Part shown: piece after piece, positions 1 to 13,225 of the stretch
How the letters are laid out: each line of letters opens with the position of its first letter
How positions within the stretch are numbered: position 1 is the stretch's first letter
Translations under genes and position numbers: made by a program
DNA from: Octopus vulgaris
Lineage: Eukaryota
Direction: 5' to 3'
NCBI GenBank assembly: GCA_951406725.2
Contig: OX597834.1
Span: 45,198,001-45,262,000 of the forward strand
DNA: 64,000 nucleotides
Notes under the pieces: model-generated
Database searches by the model: none
Told to the model about the DNA's origin: nothing
The model's input: the letters and a program-made list of their open reading frames with translations, nothing else

Positions 1-734
1 TATATGTATGATTATATGTATATATATATATATATATACATATATATACTTATACGTATAATGCATACACCTATATATTTGCGTATATATATGCACTTAT
101 ATATAAATATATAGGCATACATATTCACATGCGCACGCTCACACACACACAGTACACAGTCACACACACAAGCACACGCACATGTATATATATATATATT
201 CTTTTTTATACAGAACGAGAGAGAGAGAGAGAGAGAAAAGAGAAAGAAATTACTTTGATGTGATCAATTTATTTTACTCGGATCCATTAAAATATTTCAT
301 ACGCAGCTCTTGTTTCGTTATGTGTGTAAATGAAGCAAAGTTAGGCTAGTTTTTAATGATGTGGTGTTATATAATATACAATAAAAACGAAGCAAACGTT
401 GATATTTTGAATACATTTAATACGCTTGTTTCATGTAGTTCTGTAAGAAAAATATTGGTCTTACATGAAGCCTCTCTCTCTTAAAACAATTCAAAATGTA
501 GATGATAATGCAACGGTGTTTGGGACTCAATGCTTGACAAAACTTTTTGTCTGCTTTTACGCTTACGTAACGTAGAATTTCAGGAAACATTCGATCGATA
601 GAATAGCGTCAGAACCTTAGTATACTAAGTGTTCCGAGCCATTTGTTAATATATAAAAGACCCTAGAATGAAATATACCTACGTGGTTGCATTTAAATGA
701 ATAATATAATAATAATTAGTAAAAATCATTCCAT

Positions 735-1020
735 CGATTTCGATGATGATCGTTCGAGATGACCCGATCAAGGGACCAGTCGGCTCCTGATATTAACCAG
801 CAACATAAGGAGCACGTCATAGGCATGATTACCCTAAACATAATTCTCAGACAGATTCAGAATGGAAAAGCGTCACAAGATTAACAGTTTGAAATTCAGG
901 TAGAACTCATTTTCCCAGTTAATTGGAATGAGGCAACTGGAACTAAATTGTTTTGCTCAAGGAGACGACGCGCCACTGGGAATCGATCTCACGACTTTAT
1001 GATCGTGAGCAGAAATCTCT
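735..1020 (-). mobile_element. Diverged tRNA-derived SINE remnant
   Basis: Minus strand reads ...gctcacgatcataaagtcgtgagatcgattcccag...tccttgagcaaaacaattt...: a degenerate B-box followed by a CORE-like ccttgagcaa motif. Boundaries are approximate. Confidence 0.45.
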
Positions 1021-1025
1021 AGCAG

Positions 1026-1194
1026 TAGGAGTGGAGTGGCTGTGTGGTAAGTAGCTTGCTTACCAACCACATGGTTCCGGGTTCAGTCGCACTGGGTAAG
1101 TATCTTCTACTATAGCTTCGGGCCAACCAAAGACTTGTGAGTGGATTTGGTAGACGGAAACTGAAAGAAGCCCGTCGTATATATATATATATAG

Positions 1195-1226
<32 letters not shown>

Positions 1227-1452
1227 ATGTTTATGTGTCTGTGTTTGCCCTCCCACCCAACATCACTTGACAACCGATGCTGGTGTGTTTACGTGCCCGT
1301 AACTTAGCGGTTCAACAAAAGAGACCGATAGAATAAGTACTGGGCTTACAAAGAATAAGTCCTGGAGACGATTTGCTCGACTAAAGGCGGTGCTCCAGCA
1401 TGGCCACAGTCAAATGACTGAAACAAGTAAAAGAGTAAAGAGTAAAGAGTAA
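1026..1452 (+). mobile_element. Near full-length tRNA-derived SINE with an internal (TA)n(TG)n microsatellite (octopus-type)
   Basis: A-box TGGCTGTGTGG, B-box GGTTCAGTC, internal TA/TG tract, 3' tail ggtgctccagcatggccacagtcaaatgactgaaac, then (AGAGTAA)n. Homologous copies lie at 18279-18711 and 55230-55645. Confidence 0.85.
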
Positions 1453-2004
1453 TGTACCCGCATTCACCAAATACCAGAAATATAGAAATTTTTCGAATGT
1501 TCATATATTATTGTATATATCTATGAGGTTTCAATGACCTGAGGAATTTGTGTAAAATGTCTATTTGAAATGAGTTCCAAAGAGAAACGAATCTGATTTG
1601 TTTATTTCATTGTCGCTTTTTTAACATTCATTTAATCAACTTGTATATTACATTTAAACACACGTAACAAATTAAACAGACGTATGTTTATACACACAAA
1701 ATGTGTCAACTCGTATTTGGAAAAACGCAGACACACTCGAACACAACTTCAAATATGGCTACAAAAACGGACGCATTGAAAGGCATCAACAAACGCGCAT
1801 ACATACAACAGATACACGAACACACACTGGGGCGGGCACAAACAGACAACACCATTTTTACATAGATACGTATACCTATATAAATATACACACATATATA
1901 TATTTATGTATGATTGTATGTATGTAGACATATATGCATATATGCATATATATATATGATTGTATGTATGTAGGCATATATGCATATATATATATGTATA
2001 TATA

Positions 2005-2066
<62 letters not shown>

Positions 2067-2140
2067 GTATGTAAATACATATGTATGCATGTGTGTATAC
2101 ATATATACATGCGTATATCTTGAAAAATCACATGTCGATG

Positions 2141-2174
<34 letters not shown>

Positions 2175-2444
2175 TGTGTGTGTGTGCGTGTCTGTATCTG
2201 TGTGTGTGTACGAATTTGTGTGTCTATATGTGTGTAGATATCTGCATATGAGTGTTTTTGTGTCTGCATGTGTATGTGACACTCACTGCAGCCAATGTGT
2301 ATAAGATTCTATATTAGATTGCAATATTTACATAGGTTGATAGTTAATTCGAATTTTCATGGAATATTTACATTGTAAACACCACTAATGTATTCTAATT
2401 TAATTAACACAAACACAGACAGGTATGTACGTTTGTATATAGGA

Positions 2445-2500
<56 letters not shown>

Positions 2501-2515
2501 ATGTGTGTGTGTGTG

Positions 2516-2635
2516 TGCATGTATAGATATATAGGAATATACATGTATATATATATGTAAATATATACACACATATATATATATTTACATATATATATAT
2601 ATATACATTTATATTCCTATATAACTATACATGCA
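2516..2635. repeat. Imperfect fold-back palindrome in TA-rich sequence
   Basis: tgcatgtatagatatataggaatata...gtaaatatata pairs with tatatttac...tatattcctatataactatacatgca, with few mismatches. Confidence 0.75.
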
Positions 2636-2645
2636 TATATATATA

Positions 2646-2678
<33 letters not shown>

Positions 2679-4154
2679 TTTTTCTACCCCTTGTCATTTT
2701 ATTGTTACGAGTGAACAAGTTATTTCCTCAATTTGTGTCTTCGATATATACACTCGCGCACATGGAGGCACATCCACACACATACGCACAAACACCCAAA
2801 CACACACACATGCGCTGTCTCTTTCGCCTCATACGCTCACTATAATACGTGTGTGTAAGCATACATATATATACATATGTACATAACTATGTCTCTCTCT
2901 ATATATATAGATATATATAATATATGAATTTATCTACGTATAACAGTTAATGATATATATGTTTGTGTATGTCCGTGTGTGTCTCTGTCTGTATGAATAT
3001 ATGTACACGCGTTTGATTATATGCATGAATATTTGTATATATACACACTAGTGTCTCAAAATTATGGATACTTTCTTTATATTTAAACGTTTTGCGCTCT
3101 ATACGTTTTTCCACCACAAAATATATCTTACGATCAACATCAAAGGATATTTTTATTGTTTTCCAACAAACATCGCTTAAAAACTCTTATTGTTCGTTAA
3201 CTGTGTATGACAGCTTTAAGATGTTGTTACTCTAAACTGCATACATACACTTTGAAATCAGAAGTACTTCAAACTTATAAAACAAAATAATTTTATATAT
3301 TTTACAATATGGCTGTTTGTAATTATATGTAAATTAATTATATGTATGTTATTCTTTAATCTGATTCCACTTATTCTCAGTATGGTATCGATAATTTATT
3401 TTTAATTCTCTGGTTTTTATTATTGTAAATCAGACATCGGTGATTGTTTCAATCACTTCAAGTTTGTTGATCCTTCCGGAAATCGATACTCTCTTGTCGA
3501 TGTTTTATCTCCAAGTTTCCAGTGTTCAAAAGTAAATTTATGTATTACTTTTGTTTTGAGTAGAGATTTATCATTCCGTCTTTCAACCATTTCTTTCCGG
3601 ATTTAGTTGTATGACACTATGTACAATATTTAGCATATATCAAATAAACGTAGCGCTGTTCTATATATCATCCAAATACATTTTGATCGAACTTGCACAG
3701 AAATAAACTTAATTAGATATAAGAATGTCATTAATAATACAGATACACAATTTTTTCCTAGATTATATAGTCTATTAACAATTAAATTTCACCGAGACAT
3801 CTATCTAATAAAATACAGTTTTTTCGGGAAGTTGTCTGAAATAAAACTAGAAAAAGTATTCTCCTAAAGAATAGCAAGCCACACAAATAGGGAAAATGAA
3901 AATGGCAAATAATATAAAATAGTGCTTATGCACACTTTAATCCATATTATACATGCATAGGCGTTACCAGCAATGCCTTTAAATTTGGTTTCAACCAGCA
4001 AAAACATACATTTCACCCATAAGGTACTAATGAAATTTTGCTTTCTATATAGTTAATCCAAATATGAAAACACAAAAGAAAAAACACAATAACGCGAGGA
4101 CGTGGAACAAGTGTGGTGTTATTGGACGCTCAGGAAAGGAAAGAAAGAAGGAGG

Positions 4155-4189
4155 ATTTAACGTTTCGAGCGGAGCTCTTCGGCAGAAAC
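4155..4189 (-). ncRNA. Degenerate minimal hammerhead motif in a Penelope-like terminal fragment (fragment ~4066-4240)
   Basis: Minus strand gttt-CTGCCGA-a-gagc(tcc)gctc-GAAA-cg-T-T-aaat. Stem II and the AACGTT palindrome are present, but the conserved core A6 is replaced by C. Confidence 0.5.
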
Positions 4190-4364
4190 ATAGAAAAAGG
4201 AAATGTCCGAGCAAGGGAAGACGGAGAAAGCAAATCGCCATATATAACAGTATTTTAGAAGCTTACAGCTTATAAGCGAATACCGTGCAATGACTAGCGA
4301 AAATAGACTAATAACGGGAAAAAGTACGTCTTTCTATACTCGTGGGCCTAGAAGCCACATCTCA

Positions 4365-4880
4365 GAAAGAAGCGAGGTTTACGTTGTCGCAAATGGTTAG
4401 CACATTTGTCCCGAAAAGAAAGGGATGAGGGTCGAGTCCGATGCGTACTGGAAAATCTGTTGTCTCCCGCTTATATGCCCAATTCTTAGTTTCTTTTCTT
4501 TAGTCATTGCACGCTGATCGCTTATAACTTTTAAACTTATAAAATACCATTATTATCATTTACAGAATTGTAAAATATCGACGCTGGTGAACAAAAGCCG
4601 ATGCAGAAAATGCGTTTTAAAGTTTGATTACAAAAACAACTCTACAAACAAATTATACTTCCTGAATGTGGTGGAAAGAAGCGAGGTTGCACGTTGGTTT
4701 AAATGGTTTGCACACTTGTCGCGAAAACAGAGCGATGTGGTTTCGAGTCGCATGCGTACGGGAAAACTTACTTTATTCTGTCGAGGGCTTTTATGCCCCA
4801 TTATTGGACTATTTAATTTAATCACTGAACGGTGATCGCTTATCAGCTTTGAGCATATAAGATACTACTATTATTAATTA
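4365..4880 (+). repeat. Two tandem diverged copies (~310-bp period) of a tRNA-like-headed element; third copy near 33470-33640
   Basis: Both units begin gaaagaagcgaggtt..acgttg...aaatggtt.gcaca and share the tail ..cg.tgatcgcttat. The second unit has T-arm atgtg-g(tttcgag)t-cgcat. Confidence 0.6.
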
Positions 4881-4991
4881 TATTCTTCGCTGCTGCACAA
4901 AAACCATAGTAGAAAAATCATATATAGAGATGTGCGTCTATGCACATATGTATCAGATAGTTAACAGACACGCACACACACACATATATAT

Positions 4992-5118
4992 TTCGAAAAG
5001 GGACCGATGGAATAAGTACCAAACGTATACGTATTGGGGACGATTTGTTCGAATAAAATGCAATGCTCCAGCATGGCCACAGTCAAATTAGTGAAACAAG
5101 TTGAAGAATAAAAGAATA
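4992..5118 (+). mobile_element. SINE 3' fragment (same family as 1026-1452)
   Basis: gaccgatggaataagtac...cgatttgttcga...tgctccagcatggccacagtcaaatt aligns with 1323-1430. Confidence 0.75.
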
Positions 5119-5785
5119 TATATATACGTATGTATGTATGTATGTATGTATGTATGTATGTATGTATGTACGTATGTATGTATGTATGTATGTATGTATG
5201 TATGCATGTATGTATTATGTATGTATGTATATGTGGGTGTGTGTGTGTGTAATTCCTAAATTATCCGCGAAAAATTCTAATTCAGAGAAATAAGAAAAGC
5301 CATTCCAATCTGATGACGGACGTCGATCTCGGCCGGATAATTCCTCAGACGTTGATAACTACAGGGAAAGAGACATTGCGTCATGAAACGCCGTATATAT
5401 ATCCGGCAATATTTATGTAATCAATTTTGTATGTTATTTCAGACAATGAAGTCCTTAGAAATATATTATATCATTCTTTAGTTGAGAAGTTCGTTAATAA
5501 TTCTACTGGATTCAATTACAAATTAATAGAATTACTTCTTTGAATAATTCCTGTTATTTGCGATATGAACGGTCGACAAAAATTATATGTATTTATGTTG
5601 GTATGTATATAGGCATGCATGCACGTATATCGGTATGTACTATGTATGTCTATATACAATATTGGCCTGAATGTATATATGCATGTGTGTATATATACAT
5701 GCATGTATGCATGAATGTGTATATCTATTAATCATTGGCTGAATGGGTTTTCATGCATCTATGTATACATCAATGTATATACGGT

Positions 5786-5870
<85 letters not shown>

Positions 5871-6062
5871 ATTTACATATGTATGTATATATGTGAATAT
5901 CTATCTATCCATATTTATATGTACATATATATATATACATATATACACCTAAATAGAGATATAGACTACATATACGTAAGTAGGTATATTTACATTACAT
6001 AGTTATGTCTACGCCTATAGATATCACCACATGTGTATACACATGCACACACACAGACACAC

Positions 6063-6123
<61 letters not shown>

Positions 6124-6800
6124 ATACTATCCGTGTGTCTACATACGCATATATGTATATTTAGCTTCACATCTAACAGTGAACTCATTTCTGTGCATAT
6201 ATACGTGTACATGTGTTTAAGACGCACGTACATCGCTGTGAGCAATTATCTATGTATAGCGATAACCGGCGGATAATTTACGATGAACTGCATGGATACG
6301 TTACGATGGGTCATGCCAAACAGGTCACCAAGTTCACCATGCCAGAAGCCTAAAATTCTTCACATGGAAGACTAATTGCCCGGACATTTGTTGAATAGAT
6401 TTTAATACTATATCACGCTTTATTCTCGAGGTATACAACGATTCCGCTCTGCCACAAATATCGTTTTAAATACCAAAAATGAGTTAAATTTAAACCAATC
6501 ACAATGGCAGATATATCGTTATAAATAGAATGCATTGTAATATAAAACATTCTAGCATAGTGATGCGTTGTGTGGTATTTATTCATCTCTGACAGGAGAA
6601 TTATTATTTATAAAGTAGCAGCCGCCATTTTTCTATTTGATTTCAAATTGTGCGAGAAACGGCGATCACTAAGCCGTGGAATAAATTTGGCATTTATGTA
6701 AAATGTTCTAAGGGATCAAACCTGTATTTATTGAATTTTAGTAAATGCATCGTATGTCTATTGTTCCTGGATAATTTTTTTTCGCCGTCTCCACTATTTT

Positions 6801-6940
<140 letters not shown>

Positions 6941-7051
6941 TCTTATAGCTTTTCAACCTGAAACGATGTTATATCGTGCGTCATAGCAGAACAAGAATTA
7001 GGTTTTCGATTAAAACATTCAATATTGAAGAAGAACAAGAAGAAGAAGAAG

Positions 7052-8212
7052 CGATTTCTTATCTCCATTACTATCTGTATTGGCCATGATTCCACTGGGT
7101 TTGATATTTCTGAGGAGTTAAAATTGCTTAAGATTGAGGAAAATTATATGATCTGACAAATCATTCCCTTTTATTGATGATAGAAATCTTTATGCTTAAA
7201 AAGTGAAGAAACTTGAAATTCTCGTCCATTCTGTAGGGGTTTTCTCAAATGGCGGAGACGTAGAATTTTGTATTAAAACGTGAGCTAAGAGGGCGATTCA
7301 AGGAATCCAAGGAATTAAAATGCCAATCGGCCAAACAATGAAAGGAGAGTGGTAAAAATGTTTGGGGATATTGGAAGCAAGTGACATAAAACATGAAGAG
7401 ATGAAGCACATTTACAAGTTGAGAGTATTCAAGAAGAGTGAGAAAAGTATTGCCGACAAAGCTGAATTCATGAAGTGTCAATTGAAGGAAGAGTTGTACC
7501 AGTAATAAAATATGGTGTTGTACAAAAGCGATGTACAGAAACTTGATAGTAAACTACAAAACTATTGACAATATATGGAGCGAACCATCCGAAAGTTGAT
7601 ATTAACCAGTTGTTCTTGAAGTGAGAGCAGGGTGGAAGGGATCGCTGTGGTACAGTGTATACAGATGGAAAGAAAACGCCTACTAGAATATTTACAGAAC
7701 GCCAGTGAGACATTATTAAAGCTAGTAAATAAAGAACAGGTAATCAAATGAGGAATAGGTTAAAGGGACAAGATTGAAATTCAAAGAGAAATTGAAGAGA
7801 AACCTTTGTATATTAGGAAATTATTATTATTAAATCTCACAACGTGAGATATTCAGCAAGAGTTCTTTGGAGTAAAGATTGTTTGCCAGCATATCATGGC
7901 AGTTCTGGATTAGCAACATTCGTGCTAAACCCGTACTGCCATTTTTACCCCAACATTAAGTACAGTCAGTTTTGAAAAGAGCCACTGAGTATGTAAAACC
8001 TGGGCTTGCTTGAAGAAAAGAACAATTAAAAGAAACAAAGAGAGGGCCTTATTGTAGCAGCTCGAGATCAAGCGTGAAAAACAACTTTAAAAAATGTAAT
8101 ATTTGTATGGGTAGACGGTGTCACCAAAGTCAAGATTGTATAGATTTTGGAGTGAAAGTATGACACACTTTGTCTCGAATCGTTCTGAGTTGGTCAGGGA
8201 GAATATAAGAAA
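7052..8212 (+). pseudogene. Decayed R4/Dong-clade non-LTR retrotransposon RT and C-terminal region
   Basis: Broken frames give DFLSPLLSVLAMIPLGLI, FIDD..LYA, LGILEASDIKHEEMK, LLTIYGANHPKVDINQLFLK.EQGGR and EGLIVAARDQA, in the order expected for R4-type elements. Many stops and frameshifts. Confidence 0.75.
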
Positions 8213-8487
8213 TGGTAGGGGTGGGGTATCTTGGAGTGGAATGTGTGGGGTGGGATGGAATGTATATGGAGAGGCGCGTTGTGACGTGTAGGGTGGGGTA
8301 AGGATGGAGGGAGAGTTTGGAAGGGAGAAGGCGGGTAGGAGTGAAGAGAGGAAGTAGACGTGAGAGGAAGAGATAGATAGATAGAGAGAAAGAGAGAGGG
8401 GAGGGGTTAAATATATTAATACAAGCATACATGAAAAACTGACAGACTGATATACGTGTATTTGCGTGATTGTGTATATATATATGA

Positions 8488-8533
<46 letters not shown>

Positions 8534-10200
8534 ATATCTGGACCGACAGATACATACACACATACATGCCAACAAACATGCGTACATAAATAGGTACTTG
8601 CCCGCACCATACACAACTGAGGAGAGTTGAGTAGTAGGATGAAGTCAGAAGAACCAACAATTTCATTCCACAGAACCATCTGGCAAACACCGAATGCCGT
8701 AATTATAATACGTAGGTTCCTGTACAAAATATATCATAAAGTGATAAGAAATAGAACAATGTTCTCGCCAGAATGTGTAATCACATATAAAACATCGAAA
8801 GAGCTAAACAAAAATATTGAATAAAAGATCAGAGTCTACTCTTGCTTTTAATTTTGCTAATTAATTCAAAATCCCCGTGTGTAATCATATCTCATGTATA
8901 ACAAAACTATCTAGAGATTTCCACCGAATGATACTATGCAAATTTCTAGGTTAATAATAAGCTATATTTTAATCTTCAATGAAAACTACCTGCTCGGTGT
9001 TCTGGAAAGGAACAGAGGGAAAAAAGTACTAAAAACAAGAACAGAAAGAAACGGAAAAACTGCAAGATAGCATCTAAATCGAAAATTTATATTCGGTTTT
9101 CGTTTTCCAGATTAAGATTTTCAGATATTCTGCGAGGAAATGCGACAGGATAGGATGTGACGTGTTAGACATTATTTACACTACGTTGATGTTTTGTGGT
9201 TTAACTTTAAGACTTTTATATCTGCCTGTTTGTACACGTATATACATATATAGACACAAACATATATGTATATATATATATGTAACTATGTAGTGTATGT
9301 ATATATATATGTATATATGAATGCATGTATATATATTTATGTGTGTGTGTTTGCGTATATATAAATACGAATCAGTAAAGATGTTAAAGAGTTTGTCTTA
9401 TTATTCGGACACACATATATATGGATATATATCCGCATTTCGGTTTGTGTTTAAATATCAAATCAATCAACATCTCGATATTATCCTTATCAATATTCCC
9501 CTTCCTTTAATGATAAAATCTCTTTCTAAAACTTTTTTTTTATAATAAGATCAATTTTATTTCAATCGAATATTAATATTTAATAGATCTTACCCTTCTA
9601 CACGATATTTCTTGCAATATCTCTACGTTTGCCGATACAAGGTTTTTAAACCCCATCTTCCACCTTGTATCATCTCTCATTTTTTCTCACAACTTCTTAA
9701 TCATACTTCCCCTACATTCGCATTCTTCTAGTGTCCGCACACAACGCCATTCTTTGTTTAAATTTTGAATTCTATTTCGCAAATTTATATATTCGTGTTT
9801 CACCCTCTCAGCTATCTGTATTTGCGTCTCAGACACAACGCTATAATCGAAATTTTTTTATTCCTATATTTAGCAATCTTATATCCTATTCCAGACAATA
9901 AGCTAAATTTCGAACGCAGTATAGCCGTGAAAACAGCTGAGCCGTTATCTGAGCGGTACAGGATCGAGTCTCGTAACCGTCAGCTGACAACTTCTTTTGT
10001 CTTATAAGGTTAAAAATGTCCAATCTTTATGCTGCTATTAACGATTTACTTCTTTCGTAAATTACTTTTTTGTCTGTAAAATACGAAACACATTTGACAC
10101 TTTCAAAGTATATTTGCATAATGTTGTCCATTTAGTTTTAGTAACAGTTTATATCCGTTTATGTTACCGTGTACTGAAACAACAAATTTACTAAATACAC

Positions 10201-10252
<52 letters not shown>

Positions 10253-10272
10253 TGTGTGTGTGTGTATGTATG

Positions 10273-10311
<39 letters not shown>

Positions 10312-10325
10312 GTATATATACATAT

Positions 10326-10381
10326 TTTTTCATTTTATCTAGTTTCAGCTCACGAGCTGTGGCCATGCTGGGGCACCGCCA
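10326..10381 (-). mobile_element. Isolated LINE/SINE 3' tail
   Basis: Reverse complement ggcggtgccccagcatggccacagctcgtgagctgaaactagataaaa matches the shared tail motif. Confidence 0.7.
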
Positions 10382-10423
<42 letters not shown>

Positions 10424-10602
10424 TACAGGGGTGTAGATGCAAGATATATATATATATATATATATGTTACGGGGATGTAGTTGCAGGATATATGAGATTG
10501 TGTGTTGAAATTAAGCGTTCACTGACACAAGTTTGCCATTTACAAACACATAAAGAATATTGACTTTCATTAAATGGTTGTTGTTTTGAATATTGTCTCT
10601 AG

Positions 10603-10713
10603 ATTTTCGGCGCTCCAAACTGCAACGTTATCGGTAGCAAACGCTATGCAGCACATGTTTGCATTGACCAGTTCACTGATTTGAGCGACGAAAGAATTAA
10701 CACCATACAAACG
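10603..10713 (+). CDS. Candidate internal coding exon, 111 bp, phase 0-0, IFGAPNCNVIGSKRYAAHVCIDQFTDLSDERINTIQT; product unknown
   Basis: Acceptor ttgtctctAG, donor ACG|GTGAGT, length a multiple of 3, one open frame (the other two contain stops), unique sequence among repeats. Confidence 0.55.
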
Positions 10714-12097
10714 GTGAGTGTTTAAGTTATACTAAATGTTTCTCTGAGTCTGTGGAAGTCTTGCTAGTGGTTTTCACGATGTAATCTTATATATATATTT
10801 ATCTACATATACACACACACATATATATAAGAAATATCAGGATAAAATCTATATAAGTTTCCATCAAGTAGCCAGCGTGAAAAACCGATTAAAGAAAAAA
10901 TTAATACAAAGTATATATTTTTTTCTTTATTATATCAAGGGCTATTACTATAAGGCCACACGCTGTAAGAGAAGTTTAAAGCGAAACTACTTCAATAAAT
11001 ATACACACGCAATAATGTATCTACATATATATGTATATATATACATATAAACACACACACACACATTTACATAATCGTTTCACTCAGCTCAACACTACAC
11101 AATTGTTACTTTCATGAGATCTATTAAATATTAATATTCGATTGAAATAAAATTAATATGCGGCTATTTACCAGATGAAGGATAAACTAAAGATGGCTAC
11201 CAAGTGTTTGTATGAAGCGGGGCGTCATTTTTTCCCGTTGAGTTAATGTGAATAGATTGGTAATAAGGTGCGGTGAGTTAGTATTTTATATTCTACCATT
11301 TGGTAGAATAAACGGACTAATTGTGAGACGCAGTCGTCAATTTACAGGCTTTGGAAACTCAGAGAAAATAGTGACGTGAAAACTGTGCTGTGAGGAAGCT
11401 ATAACACCTGGTTATGTAAATTGTGTAGTGGCATCAGTAGAATTACGTTTGTGTGTCATGCGTTGATGTGAAGCAAACGTGGATCTCGTTGCCGTCCTCC
11501 CACAAAAATAATCCACGGAAAAGAAATAATCTCACTATGACCAACTAAGTATGTTGATAAGGTAGTTTTTTCCAGAATGCAATCATCTAGCAATTTTCAA
11601 TTCATCATGACGTTATACTTTTGGTCACAAGATTAAGGTATATTACATTTCCCTCGAATTTGCACAATATCTCCTTAAGATGAGGTTCACAATTTTATAC
11701 TCGAAGAGCGTAAGTAAAAGCCTTCCTGAGTGAGTTGAAAAAAGTGGTTTCCTTGGTATTGCAATATGAACGCAATGCTGGACAAAGCAAAGCACACTTC
11801 ACCTAGACTTCATTTGTGGCCAACTTCTTTCTGTGAAATCTTTGGCTGTAATGCTTGTCTAGATTTCCGTGGTGTCATTAAATTATGAAGACAGTTGTTT
11901 ACACCACAGTGTTTGATAAGCAGGAAGCACTCAGTGAGCAGTTGGTTATTTTTATGTAGTGACTGGCTGTCGTCTTTGATGATAACTCTGTGACTGCGTA
12001 TTTGTTTCTTCTGTAGCGTACAAGACTGGAAGCGATATTATCTATGCATGGGTAGATAACGTTAACGTTGCTGATATTAAAGTGCTTATCATACTCA

Positions 12098-12154
12098 TCA
12101 GGGTACCATATACTGAGCCAAACCATTGGAAATTAAGGACTGCGTAAATTCAAC
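12098..12154 (-). CDS. Candidate terminal coding exon VEFTQSLISNGLAQYMVP*
   Basis: Minus-strand acceptor gtttgttgatttcAG. The phase-0 frame is open to TGA and is followed by ~1 kb of repeat-free sequence (possible 3' UTR). Confidence 0.3.
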   Translation of the reverse strand, partial: VEFTQSLISNGLAQYMVP

Positions 12155-12541
12155 CTGAAATCAACAAACACGGAATATTTTGTTATATAAGTGATACACT
12201 AGATATGTAACGTATTCAAATATTCACAGTTGTACTAAATCAGAAATAAAAGGCAGAATACTTCTAATTGGAATACACATGATCATATATCATTCACAAG
12301 AGCAACACCCTGGCTCTAACTAGACACAAACAAAACACAACAGCAACAAGATCTACCATTATATCCGCAGTATTACATTCAATATACACACATTCGAATC
12401 TATGCTACCATGACTACATTCACAACTATATATATATTTTAATTTATTTCTGTATGAATTCTCTACTACCAGATTGTCAATTTAATATTTATAACATCAT
12501 CCAATAAACACAAAATTCTATTAAAATCAGTGTGTATGTGC

Positions 12542-12584
<43 letters not shown>

Positions 12585-12664
12585 CTTTATCGATTATTGA
12601 TCTGCGTGTTTCATCATCAATATTTTTCTTCACCCTTCAACGTATTGAAGCTGTTGTTGTTTTT

Positions 12665-12722
12665 TATCACCATCATCATCATCATCATCATTATCATCAT
12701 CACCATCATCATCATCATCGTC

Positions 12723-12757
<35 letters not shown>

Positions 12758-12849
12758 ATCAACATCATCATCGTCAAAATCGTCGTCGTCGTTGTTGTTG
12801 CTGCTATTGTTGATGATAGTGTTGTCACTGTTATACGTATTATAATAAA

Positions 12850-12907
<58 letters not shown>

Positions 12908-13010
12908 GTAATAATAATAATAATAATAATTATTATTATTATTATCATTATTATCATAATTATTATTATTATTATTATCATTATTATCATAATTATTATT
13001 ATTATTATTA

Positions 13011-13047
<37 letters not shown>

Positions 13048-13074
13048 CATGATTATTATTATTATTATTATTGC

Positions 13075-13114
<40 letters not shown>

Positions 13115-13224
13115 GTCATCATCATTAAGGTGAAACATTAAACTGCTCGAGTTACTACTACTACAACTACTACTACTACTACTGCTGATGCTGATGCTGC
13201 TACTACAACTACTACTACTACTAC
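12665..13224. repeat. Compound microsatellite (CAT)n, (TAA)n flipping to (TTA)n, then (CTA)n
   Basis: Direct reading. It produces the spurious poly-H/I/N/Y ORFs. Confidence 0.95.
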
Positions 13225-13225
13225 A

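Noticed and set aside
8214-8408. G-rich purine tract (possible G-quadruplex)
   Set aside because: Irregular low-complexity sequence with no evidence of function.
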